The notes under the pieces were generated by a model. It was not told the origin of the DNA. It searched no databases and saw nothing but the letters and a program-made list of their open reading frames with translations. The translations under genes were made by a program, and so were the position numbers. Shown here one piece after another: positions 26,301 through 38,381 of a stretch of 64,000 nt of DNA (within the stretch, counting starts at the first letter, position 1; every line of letters begins with the position of its first letter). The DNA is taken from contig CDLV01000004.1 of NCBI GenBank assembly GCA_001244265.2, positions 3,038,001 through 3,102,000 of the forward strand, read 5' to 3'. Origin of the DNA: Microbotryum violaceum. Taxonomy: Eukaryota.

Positions 26301-26376
26301 CCGCCACCTCTATTATATAGCATATAGCAAAGTGCTCACTGCTGTTTGGTCCTCTTCCATCGGGCAACCGAACGCA

Positions 26377-28225
26377 ATGTTCTCAAAGCTTGGCCGTTAC
26401 GTCGCCGTGCTATGCCTCTACCATATAGCCGCACAGATAGGATCTGTGTCAGCCGACAAGGTTCTGGTTGTACTCGAGAAAGATCTCGAACAGCAAGACT
26501 ATGCGCTCACTTGGAGCTCGCTTGAAGGTGAGCCCCCGCTCGCCCTCCTTAGCTGCAATGGCCAAACTGCCTGCTCCGCACCATCACGTCTACGACAAGC
26601 ACTAGCTCTGTTCCAACATATCCTGGACAGACAGACGCTGACGCTGCTCTTGACGTGGCCAAACTTGCACAGCTCGAGGGCACGAGCTCCGCTTCCGTGA
26701 CGCTTCTGAGCGTGCCACGTCGACGCTGGAGGCAAGCCAGTTCCAACACATCCTCTTGTTCGCGCCGTCGGCGAAACGTGAGTGCTTTCCACCCAGTTCA
26801 GAGGCCGGACGACGAACCCTCAGTCTGCGGAAGCATATGCACGCTGTTTCACATCTCGGGTCAATCTACCCGTCTTGACCCCGGCAGCTTGCTGTTCCGC
26901 GCTTGTCCCCCCACCCCCCACCAGGTTCTCGAGGAGGCGGTGGTGGGCTGAATTCGGCCGAGCTGAGAGCCTGGGACTGACCATTCCACTTGATGGTCGT
27001 GTTGCTCGCGCCGATCTAGAGCTTCCGGAGGACTTGAACCCCCAACGTCTCGTGGAATACACCCAGCACGGCAAAAACCTGCTCGTGGCGCTTTCGCCGC
27101 ATGTCTCGGAGTTTTGGCGCGACTTTGCTCGCGAATTCGACCTTGAGTTCGACGATCGCGGCACTCGAGTCATCGACCACTTCAGTTATGACGTGAGCTT
27201 GGACGACGACTCGTCGCATTCGGTCATCGTTGTACCGCTCTCCGGCTGCCGACCCCCCTTTGTTGCATCCGAGACCGGCGCCGGTCCTCCCGTATTGTAT
27301 CGAGGTATCGGCCACGCCGTCGGCCGTCGGCCGCTCGCCACGAATATTCTTTACGCTCCTGTAACATCTTATAGTGGCGATCCATCGGGCGTTGGCAATG
27401 TAGCCGACGATATGCACCTCGCTGGGACGTCTACAGGGCTGGTCACTGCTTTCCAGGCCAAAAACAACGCTCGCATCACTTTTGTCGGCTCGACAGATGT
27501 CTTCTCCGACGTGTTCCAGAGCGCGAGCATTGAATCAAGCAACGGACTCAGGCAAGTGGACTTAGCTTTGCCCAGTGTCATTTAGTAGCCCCTGTCAAAA
27601 GCTAATGCGCGCGAGACAGGTATCCGCGCTCCGGCAATACTGCCTTTCTTTCCGATCTCACACGCTGGACGATGCAAGAGACTGGCATCATCCGCATCGA
27701 TGCTACTCGTCATTATCGCGCGAGCGACGGCCAATGCCAGGATCTCTACCGCATGGGGGAAGAATTGGTGGGCTAGCTCAGCCCCCCCCCCCTTCGACTT
27801 CGCTCAACTGATCGGCCTAATTCGCGAGTCTACAGGCATACGACGTGGATCTTGTCGTCAAGGACAAGGACACAGATCTACCCGCCCACCTCGATGATCT
27901 GCAATTCGAATTCACGATGCTAGGCCCCCACCTCCGTGTCCCGCTGACGATCTCGGGCCAATCGATTCACGGTCGCAAGGGCGAGACCGCAGTACGCTAC
28001 ACGACAATTTTCCACGCGCCGGACCGCCATGGCGTTTTCACCCTTCGAGTGGACTATCGAAGGCCCGGTTGGAGCTTCCTCGATGAGAAGGCGGTAGTAT
28101 CGGTGGCACCTTCACGTCATGACGAGTTCGAGCGCTTTATTACTGGTGCTTTGCCCTACTACGGTGGTGCTCTCAGCGTCTCCGTAGCGACTCTCGTATT
28201 GGTTATTTTGTGGACATTGCAATGA
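26377..28225 (+). CDS. WBP1: Oligosaccharyltransferase beta subunit (WBP1/OST48/DDOST), multi-exon
   Basis: Signal peptide then KVLVVLE; first intron GTGAGC at 26528; VIDHFSYD, LYRGIGH, LVTAFQAKNNARITFVGS, DLQFEFTMLGPHLR, PDRHGVFTLRVDYRRPG, RHDEFERFI..A.PYY; C-terminal TM helix. Confidence 0.93.
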
Positions 28226-28278
28226 CCCACCACCCAAGGGCTGCGACCCTTCGTCTTCCCCTCGCCCCTACCAAGACC

Positions 28279-31200
28279 TTATGGTTGCCCGCCAGTGTCC
28301 AGAGTTGACAAGGTGTACCATCTCCGGCGAGTCTGTTGCGAATGCACCTGTGTATTTGTTCGGAAATGCGGAGACCGTTCAGATTAATTCGAAGTGAGGC
28401 GCATTGCAACGTATTAGGCGAACATGTACCCAGTGCCGAGAGACGATGGTTGTGATTGCCAAGATCGACAGGGTAACTCCGAGCTGGATCTTATTGAAAG
28501 AGGGGCTGAGCACGTCGAACGACTTTGATGGTGATATGCGAGCCCCAAAGAGATCTGCTCCGATCGCAAGGATCGACGAATCTGATTCTCGATCTCCCGG
28601 ATAGCTAAGCATGAGCTGGACGTCGGACAGCTGTTCAGGCAAGCACAAGCGCATACAAGAAAAGGTCAGAGTGCCGTATTCGTACGTCCCCGTGGTGAAT
28701 ACCGACTGACCTCATAGGCCCGAGAAAGCACCCATCTCGGGTTGTTCGGAAGAATGGCCTCGTAAGGTATGAGTGACTCTTCGAGATCTTCGCGGGTCGG
28801 CTGGCGTGTGTGCCTCCGGGGGTCGAGGTATCGTCGCGGCAAGGCGATGACCTGATTCATCGAATTTGCGACTGCGACGGTACACATGGTCAGCGTGCAA
28901 GTAGTGACATTTCATTGATAGATGCGAAGATACAGTTGCACGCACAGACGGCGCTGAGCGACGTGATCCCGAGCCGGGTGCGTGTCAGACCCCGTACCCT
29001 CAGTCCGTCAGTCGACATAAACGACTTGGAGGAGACGCTAATGCTTGCAAGATCAGGCCGCAGTGATGACCTGTCGGCAATTGGAGTAGATCAAATTCAT
29101 TCCTAAAGTCACAGCAATGCGCGATACCATGGTCAACTCACAAGGAACTTCCGGCTTCGATGACGAAGGACGACGTCTGATGGAAGAGCTCGAGGGAATG
29201 CACCCGTGTAAAAGCAGAAGGGTCCCCTTCGGTATAGAGAGTGTAGATGATCCAGTTGTCGCGCATGGACACAGATATATCTTTTGAAGTGCGGACACCG
29301 TCATGCAGCGCTTCGTGCAGGCAGCGCCCACTGGCAGCGTCCAAGATACTCAGCGTCAGCTGCGAAGTTGATTTCGAGATGGCTACCACAGCAACGACGC
29401 CATGGTTCAGATACTTGAGTAACATCGAGCGGTCTCCGAGAACTCGTCCTGGTGACGCCACCGCATCTGTGAAAATCAAGTAGGAAAGACATGAGATTTG
29501 TTCTCGATGAAGATGTTTGCACCGCCTTTGGGGAGCTTACCTAGCATGCCTCGCACTACGCGAACAACAGTGTGACCGACAGGAAGTTTGTATCTCCAGG
29601 AGAGGCGCTGAGCACAAGGGCGACGGTCAGTATACCCGATCCATCCACCTCAGGCTCCAAAAGCGAATAAACTCACGCGCTGTCGGTCACACATTGACCA
29701 CCCCTCGACTAGGCCATCACCAGCCTTAATCTTGCTCGCACAGCCCGAATTTACGCCACGGAAGAAAAGACTCGAGGTCGAGCCCTGGTGGTGCCGTGGC
29801 GGGCGACGGTCCTCGGTAATCTGATGATCCAATTCTTGGCCCGTCTGAGCGTCGAGTGAGATCAGAAGCAGGCGATGGTCAGACTTGATGTTCGGGAAGG
29901 TGTGAAAGAAGTTCAACCATGTCAGTGTATACAAGGGACTGGACGGTCGAAGCTGGACCCTCACCGTTCGGGCCGTTGCATTGACGCGAACAGACGAAGT
30001 AGTCCCGGTACCATCAAGATGAGCGAGGAGAATGGTTTCCCATTCGATGCGTCCTTCCAATGATACAAAGTACCGCCATACCACTTTACCGTTGTCTTTC
30101 GCATCAAGCCCGTGAATGGTCTGAGATCGAGAGGAAACAACAACGGCGAGGGGAGTCGTTGTCACTTTGCCATTCTGCGACCAGGCATGACGAGGAGATC
30201 AGCAGGTTTGTCGCAGATCTGATGATGAGCCTTCGCCAAGACTCACAGCCCCATACCGCAGTAGTCTGGTTATCGGGGACGTTCGGGCCCCGGAAAAGCC
30301 GTCTGAGATTTGAAACATGGCTGGCAGATGGTCGATCTCGGCCAGAGCCTCGTCACGAGCCCACGCAAAGTGTCCATTTTCTCGCGCCTGCAGCAGGCCG
30401 GACGTTGACGCAAAGCTGATACGACTCGCCACAGAGTAGTCGCGAAGCGGTGCGGTCTCGATCGCAAACTTCGCAAGCAGGAAAAGGAGCAGGATTGAAC
30501 TCGGTGGAGTCAGCGCAGATGGCGAACCTACGAGCCCAGAACGCAGCTTACGCTCAACAGATCGCCGACATCTTCCGGATCAAATTCGAAAGTGTGTCCT
30601 GTAATCACCCCTTGAGGCGAGCCTGGAGTGACCACGAGGGAAAAGATTTGCACGCTTGCCAGCTGGGTCCGCAAGTCTGATCAGGGTTGCTGCGTCTCCC
30701 ACGGCGCGATAAAAGTCAGGGACCTTACCTGGAGAGTCGGAGAGAAGGATAGATGGCCGATGTGGGCCTCATCCTCGCGATCTACAAAGCCCGAGAACAG
30801 CGACGCGAAGGACTGGAGAACGCCATCGTTCGGCCCGGATTCCACTTTCAGTGCCAACTCTTGCAGACGAGGGCAAAGTGAGTAACGTCACTCACCGAAT
30901 CGTTCAGGTCCCACAGTTTGGTTAGGGACACTCCGGTCCAACGCAGCACGACAACCGTGCCATCCCGCCGGTGCGCCAAGAATATGCCACGCCCTGCGAG
31001 TCCAACGTTACCCACACTAACGAAATCGGATGAGGTGCCGTCGGCTAGGGCCAGGACGCCCGAGCTCGAGCTCGCTAATGCGAACCAACGTACTGACGAA
31101 CCGCCGACCCAGACGAGAGCACCAGAGTCGCTCTTGTCGCTGGAGGATGAGACCGCCAAAGGCATATGGTCGGCCAATGTCGGCAATTCCACGCGCATAG

Positions 31201-32237
31201 TATCGCGCAGTAGGTTGCCGGTTGAAGCGTTGTAAATGCGCAAGGAGCCCATGGTTAACTCCCTCTTCGGCCATGCAAACACGAAAATCTGGTTGGCTTG
31301 CGATCTTGCCAGCCGCACGCGGTCCGCTGGATCCCACCTGCTCCGGTGATAGGACGGTTCTTTCAGCCACGGCTGACTCGAATGCATGAAGTCTTTGGGC
31401 CAGCTTTTAGCGCAAACAGGCGGCAAAGTTGGGCAAATGACGTACCCCGCAGCCTCGACGTGCCAACCCTCAGCGCCTGTATCCACGTCCCTGCTTCGCA
31501 AGATACCCCGAGCATAACTGACCAAGGTCCGATTAAAACCATCATGGTCCCCCCAGCAAATCGCATCGCCTGCGAGCTGCGCCGGGCCGAGCACAAAGTC
31601 GTCGGCGCCGCTCGTCGGAGACGCCCATCGAAGCTCGCCCGTCGTTGCGTCGACGACTTGCAGGTCGCCAAGGTCGGCCCGTGACAACACGACGAGACCT
31701 AGTGCGGGGGATATCAAGCAATGGATTCAGCATCCAAGATCGATGAAAATGCGGATGCGGATGCTACATACTGTCATCCCCGCAAGCAAAGTAGCTGAGC
31801 TTGTGCGCGTGCGGACCGTACAATCGTCGCCATCCTGAAACGAAGATACCGAAGTGCATAACAGATACGTACGGACATGTACATGTCAAGCTCGCAGGTT
31901 AGTGTCGGGTATGCTAGGCGGGGGTGGGGCCACGTAACGAGGTGCTCAAGCCAACGAGACGAGCGACGAGTGACTGACGGAGAGTGCCATTGGCGGGGTC
32001 CAGCGCGGCCAGAATGTTCTTGTTGGTCACAGTGAGCAGGATCGAACGTTTTCGCGAGGATTCGTCGTGGCTTGCGACGTGCCTGAACTGATGCAGTGGC
32101 TCCGCGGTGAAGTCGACGCGCTCGCGAGGGAGGCCGATCTGCACTCGATGCCAGTCTGGCGAACCGAGTGCGCGGGCCGCCGTCGAGTGCAATACGGTCA
32201 GCAGCAGCGGCAGCATCCAGCGCACACGAGGCCACAT
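28279..32237 (-). CDS. EMC1: ER membrane protein complex subunit 1, multi-exon
   Basis: Signal peptide then DWHRVQIGLP; beta-propeller-like middle; GRVLGDRSMLLKYLN, LDPRR, EESLIPY, GADLF...PSKSFDVLSPSFNKIQL and TM helix; inferred last exon VHSQQTRRRWY...* ending 28279. Confidence 0.9.
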
Positions 32238-32454
32238 TTCGGGTCCGACGCAGCGGGCGAGCGAACGAGCGTGTGTGGCGAGCGCAATGTGGGTGGTTGG
32301 AGAGCGGTTGGCAGCGTCGGATAGACACAAGTGGGGCGAGTTGGGTCGAGCTGTGAGGCCCGAGCTGCCTCGCACGCGCATGACCAACGACTGAATCTGG
32401 CCGAAACCCGGCTAGCCGAATATTGGACCATTATTAGCCGGTTTCCCCCTTTTG

Positions 32455-35400
32455 TGTAGTTCAGTCTCGGTCCTCTCTCTCCCTCTGAAGAGGAACACAT
32501 TCATTCGAACCGACCCCCTGAAACCAGAATACAGTCTACAATACCTCTTCAAGGACAACGACGACGAGTCGATCGGCCCAGTACTCGCGATCCTTCTGTA
32601 AGGCCACCGGCCTTACATCTTTTTTTTATTGGGCTTCAGCAACCCCGAACTCGACACCGAACCGTCGTTGGAGGACAAGCCGAACGACAACCCTTACCGC
32701 CAGCAGTCTCAAGATACTTCGCATAGTACCTCTTGGACTGACTTCTGAAGAAGTTGTCTGCCTTGAAGAAAGGTGTATCTGATCTGGTAACAGATAAAAA
32801 CGTTGCTTAGCAACAGAACCTCGTTGCGAAAGCCTCGACCTCGTGTCGTCGCGAGTAACACGACGTGTCAATTTTCACTCCTGAGTGAAAAGGCACAGAC
32901 CTCTCTTTTTGAGATCGACCACGTTGCTTCGCTGGACGAAAGTAACTGATTTGAGTAGAGGACGTAATAACCCTCGTATACTTGAAGATACCATGGCCGA
33001 CAACAGAAGCGAACGTGTGTTTACCACTTCGCTACGAAACCCCGGCCGAGTATGAGGTTAGCTACCTCGAAAGAGGAGACCCTAGCTGCACCCAAAAAAG
33101 ACAAGGGTGTGGCACGAAGTGATGATTCACCATCACTAATTGGTGCCCGAGCAGCGATGCCAAGGCTTCCAATGTCGACACGGGCCGATGACCTCGCCCG
33201 AGAAAACCGACGTGTTTCGGCGCCGATGCCGAACCGAGAACGAACTGGCGGGTACCCCCATCTCAGGATGGAGGCCAATAGCAGCACGAAAGTCCTTGAC
33301 ATCAAGGATGCTGCTGATTCCAGAGTTGAAAAAACTCAGAAAGAGGTTATTGACTCAGCCTCACAGACCGAGCCTGGTGACTCAGGCTCCGATTGTAAGG
33401 CGCGCGCCTTACTACGGGCCACAGGCACTAGAAATAGAGATCGCGCGCACCTAGCTTCTTCAGTTCCCTCCTCATCGGGCTGACACCAGAAGCTAGGTGA
33501 GTACTGGTGTTCCATATCTCAGCACTCTTGTAGATGATCAGGCTGACACCAGAAGCTAGTTGCAATCCATATAACTTGCACCTGTCAGCTTAGGTCACCA
33601 GTGAGGCTCGAGGGCGATCTCGTGCCTTTCACCAATGACCGCTCGATCGATGGAAGTGATTCCACAATTATTGCGCACAAACCCACTGGCCTAGCTAGAG
33701 AAACATCTCAGGAGACATCACAGACCTTCTCCGGAGGTACAAAGTTGACTTTGCAAGCGAACACAGACACCTTGCTGAAGAGATACCTGACACCCAACCG
33801 GCTGAGATGCTACTTGTTGGGTGATATCAACCTGCACAATCTTAGAGAGAGAAAAGTCAGGTTGGATGATCCCTCCTATTATGGGGGATCATACAAAATG
33901 AACTTCAATTTGTATGACGAACCGGATCACACCACTGCATTTCACACAGAATTGGAGAAAAAATCCGTGAAAACGAACGAACCCAGATCGGTCTAGCTTT
34001 CAAGTGAAGATCGATACCAGGGAGAGCGACGAGAGGCCGCGTCAGAAGCAGCCCCGACTCAGAATCTTGCCCAACATGCAAGTCAGGAGGCGCCCCTCCG
34101 AAACGAAATGAAGCTGAGCCGCGGCAAGCAGCCGGCTCACCAAGACCCCAAGACCCCGAGCAATGATTGCGAAGCCAGACAAAAAGCTGCTTCTCAAGCT
34201 GCTTACACACCACGCAGAGGCGCGTTCATTGAACCCCCCTCAGATGACGACTCATCATCGCCGTCCTTGGAAGAAAGCAAGTCGGACTACGACCGTCATG
34301 ATCGACGATCGCGAAGGAGCAAACGAAAGGCGCGCAAACCGTGCGACCCCAATTCATCAGACAGCAAGTCGTCGTCAGATTACAAACCCCGAAGATCCCT
34401 TTGGGAAGGAGCATCGAGACGGCAAAGGCATGCTCGTGACCGTCACGAGTCATCTGATTGCTATGAGCGAGAAGAATGTGCCCCGCGCCCAAAAATCGAG
34501 ACTCTGACAAAGTACAGCGGATCAGACGATCACCCAATTACCTTGAGAAACTGGACACACGACGTCGAATCATTTTTGCACACGATGTGAATTGATCCCG
34601 AGACGTACGCTGCCATTCCATACATTCAAATGTGCTTGGAAGGGCTAGCAAAGCAAACCTATACCGAATGGCAAGAACGGATGAACAAAGAATGGCCAAG
34701 TTGTGGTGAAGGTCGCAAAACCTGCCCATACCCATTCAGCAGGGTGACGCGGAAGTTTGAAAAGACTTTCGTGTCACCAACTGCGCACAGAGAAGCGGAA
34801 ACCAGGTGGCGAAACATTCATCAAGAACGGCCCGACGGCAGTCTTTGACTGACGGCTGAGGTCATCCGTGAAATCACGCAAGTCTTGCAAGAGCATTCGT
34901 CTACGAGCGAACGAGACATGACCCGCAAACTCTACGACGCTCTGGATCCTCGTCTGATCGTGCATGTTCAGCACTTCAGGGGAGATCCCGATAGAGTGAC
35001 GTGGACCAGAATGCGTGCGATTGTGCGAGAAGCCGAAGTACTTTTCAACATCCAACAGAACAGTGTCATGGCAGCCAAGCTACCGCCGCATGAACGTATA
35101 CCCAATTACGAAGCAGCAACAAGCGGTCTAGCCATGAACCGACGATTGCGAAAAGCGACCAGGAAATCAGACACCCGAGATGAGAAAGCAAGTGCTACTG
35201 CTGCTTCGGGCAGCAAGCATTCTGACCAGAAAAAGAAATCCAAAGCGGAAAAAACGAATCAGGGAGCATCTCAAGGCTCAAAGCAACATGAGAACCAAGA
35301 ATCGAAGCATAACACGTCGAAGGAAAAAGCCTCTGACAGTGCGGCGCAAGCTGCCCTCCAGGAAGAACAGATGAAAAAAGGCATCTGCTTCAGATGCGGA

Positions 35401-35660
35401 ACGCAAGGACACATTGCTTGCAAATGCCCCGGAGCTCCCAAACTGGGAATGATGATGATTGATTCAGACACTGATTCAGCAGCAAGCCAGTCAGAACCGG
35501 CCCTGCAGATCATGGGCATCCACATCAGGAACTTTACCACGCGCGCTTCAGAACAATCTAGAGCACATAGCCCGAAATGGGTGCCCAGCGCTCCCGGCCT
35601 CAGACCCCCTCAGACCCCCTCAGACCCCCTCAGCCGGGAAACTTTTCCAACATTGTGAAT
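32455..35660 (+). mobile_element. Ty3/Gypsy-like element (Gypsy-3), 5' LTR and gag only, truncated before pol
   Basis: Putative LTR ends TGTAAGGCCACCGGCCTTACA (32617) followed by TC-T8; gag with KYSGSDD...NW and knuckle CFRCGTQGHIACKC. LTR start at 32455 is tentative. Confidence 0.65.
34108..35658 (+). pseudogene. Gypsy-3 gag, with stops
   Basis: In-frame ORFs 34108..34590, 34630..34848 and 34885..35658 separated by TGA stops; canonical CCHC knuckle. Confidence 0.8.
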
Positions 35661-35744
35661 CAGACCACCTCAGCCTGATCTCAGGGTGACTCAGACTGTA
35701 ATCAGAGAGTGTAAAAATTCAAAAAGAATGGTGTATTATACTGA

Positions 35745-38192
35745 ATTCAGTACGAGGATGCAGTCTGGCGTATTATGTGGTGAGATTGAGCTGCAATTTG
35801 ACGGAGTTTAGGCTGGCCACGCGCGGAAAGGGCCTGGCGCGCTCTGAGACGCGTCTGAGAACTGTCGGACGCGCAAGCCTCGCTCGGAGATTGCGCTGAC
35901 TCCAGTCTGAGATCGTTCAGATCCGCTGTGTTATCTCGACGAGGTTCTTGGGAACTCTGCCGGATATGGTTTGTTGCCAAGTCGCGGTTGGACCAGTTGG
36001 CGGTAAAGGAGGCTCAGTGGCTGCGCATTCGTGCGCATGTGCCGTCAGTCGACTCAAGGGAAGGTCAATCGGCAAGCATTCGCACGCGTCTCAACCGCCG
36101 GAGTCGCCAGACGAGCATCGTCTCGCTGGAGGATGTGGATGGCACCGAGACCGTTGACATGCAGGAGGCGCTGGGTATTGCTTCACGGCACGCGCAGTCG
36201 CTCTTCACGCCGGACCCAGCTCGTGGCGACCAGACGAACGCACGTCGGTCCCTGCTCGACCCTATTCGCGCAGCGAAATGCTACGATGACGACCGCTCGG
36301 ACCCTACGTTCGGTCGTCGGCTGCCTCGTCAAGCAAGAGTGGCGCTTGACGAGCCCTTCACCCTCCTCGAGGTTGAAGCGGCGTTGAAGAAGACGGATTC
36401 GGGGCGATCACCGGGGCCCTTGGGCATTCCGTACGAGCTCTTCAAGGCGCTGCCAACCTACTTTGCTCCCAAACTGTTGGACTTGTTCAACTCGATTTGG
36501 GAGGGCGGCAAAATGACGGCGTCCTTGGCAGAGGGGCTGGTGCGGCTCTTGCCCAAGAATAAACCGGGGGCCAATCTGAAATCACTGGGGACATACCGAC
36601 CGATCACATTGCGCGAGACGACCTACAAGGTCCTCAGCAAGGTCTTGGTGGCGCGACTCAATGGGGTGCTCGGCGAGCTTTTGCCGCCGGCGCAACACGG
36701 TTTCATGCCATCAAGACGTTCAGCAGACGCGGGAAGTCATCTCACTCTCCTTCTCGAAAAACTCAAGTCGCTAGGCACTGAAGTTTTCCCCGAGGGCGCC
36801 CTCTTGTCTTTGGATCAGCAGAGCGCGTACGATCGGGTCGATCACGCCTGGATCTTCGAGGTCTTTGAGGCCTTTGGGTTCGGTGAGCGTTTCATCTCGC
36901 TGCTGCGTGCTCTCTACGATCCCGAGACTCTGGGGGTGCGCTACCTCATCAATGGGTTCCCCACGGAGTTGGTGCGGTTGCTGTGTGGTCTCGGTCAGGG
37001 GGATCCCCTCTCGTGCCCGGTTTGGAAAATCACGTTCCAGCCCTTCCTCGACGCCCTCGTTCAGCGCGGGATCGCGCTCGACCTGCAGAAGGTGTGGCCA
37101 GGGGGCCGCGTGCGCAGCTTACGCATCTGGTGTTTGCCGACGATGCTGTGGTGGTGGTGGAGTCACCGGCGGCATTGTCGAAGCTGGAAACGCTGTCGCA
37201 GACGTGGTACGAGGCAACCAACGGGAAGACCAACACGGACAAGACGCTGGTGCTACCCTCGGACCGAACTGGCTTCGGGACAAGACTGCGCAGGCGCTGC
37301 CAACGGTGCAGGAGGGGAGAGCTTCAAGTGGTGCGGCTATGCCTTCTTTCGCCACGGTGACTCGAAACTGTTTTGGACCCATGTTCTTGACAGGATCAAG
37401 GCCAAGACCCTCGCCGCTGGAGACCGGACACTTCGCCGAGTGGGAAGGTCTTCTATGCCAACGCTCACATCATCTCGACGGTCCTCCACGTGCTGTCCTT
37501 CGACATACAGCCTCAATGGTTCATTAAGGCGGCGGAGACAGCACTTACGGATTTTGTCTGGGGAGGAGCAGGGCGAAATACCGTCGCTCGCGATTTCGTG
37601 TTCCAGGCTCGGGAGGACGGTGGCTTGGGCTTGATTTCGATCGGCGACATCGTTCATTCGGTGGCGCTTCGGTTTTGGGATGCTGTGGCGGGCTCGGACG
37701 AGGCGATCTGGGCGCCCCTAGCTCGCGAGAGCTGGAGGTCCCTCGTCGCTGCGACCCGCGATTTCAGTCCGTGGGGTTCTTCAGCAGCACGGCTCGGGTC
37801 GAGAAGGTGTATCGCGACTCGACGCGCTGGGGGGCAGTCGTTGCAGCGGCCAGGGTCACCTTATCAACCATCAAGTCCGAACTCCTTACGCTCCCCGAAT
37901 TGCTCTCGCGTTCGCCTCGCCTCCCTTCACTCTATGCTGAAGGTGCCAAGCACGCATATGACGATGCGGACGCAGTGGCGAAGTTTGCGCAGATCGCGGA
38001 CCTGTACTGGAGGGACGAAGGAAAGGGCTGGGCTCTGGTTGGTCATCGACGCGGTTTCTGGCAGCACTCTAAGTAACCAGCCCTACAGCACGAGCACGTG
38101 TGGTCGCGCGTGTGTCAGTTGCTCAAGGCGAAAGCCTTGCTGCCCAAGACCGCGTTACGACCTGCTCGGATACCTCTCAAGGAGGCTCCCCG
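35745..38192 (+). mobile_element. L1/Tx1-like LINE fragment (LINE-a), RT region, truncated at both ends
   Basis: SPGPLGIPYELFK, YRPITL, QHGFM, LDQQSAYDRVDH, QGDPLS, FADD, GGLGL; frameshifted. Confidence 0.9.
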
Positions 38193-38381
38193 TGTTGCAA
38201 CAAGGACTAAGAGGTACTCCACGACTCAGCTCCGAGATACACGAGTGAGATGATGAGAATAACGTGGAGAAGGAACCCAGAAGGAAAAAAGACGCAAAGA
38301 CAAAGATAGACGCGCGCGCAGAATAAAGTATTAACCAAGACTAATAGCAATGAGTTAGGCTCTCAGATCCCACTTCTAACA
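38193..38381 (-). repeat. 3' LTR of Copia-2
   Basis: Direct repeat of 42928-43116 with 7 substitutions counted by eye. Confidence 0.95.

Noticed and set aside
26003-26376. Poly-Lys/poly-Phe ORFs and an N-terminal extension of WBP1
   Set aside because: Artefacts of the A28 tract in the transposon end; the signal peptide starts at ATG 26377.
28203-28409. EMC1 last exon overlapping the WBP1 coding end
   Set aside because: An acceptor near 28350 gives a more typical ...RRRWY ending with a stop at 28279.
32782-32795. TGGTAAC as a tRNA PBS for Gypsy-3
   Set aside because: Not adjacent to an LTR-like CA end; the hairpin-TTACA-T8 junction at 32617 fits better.
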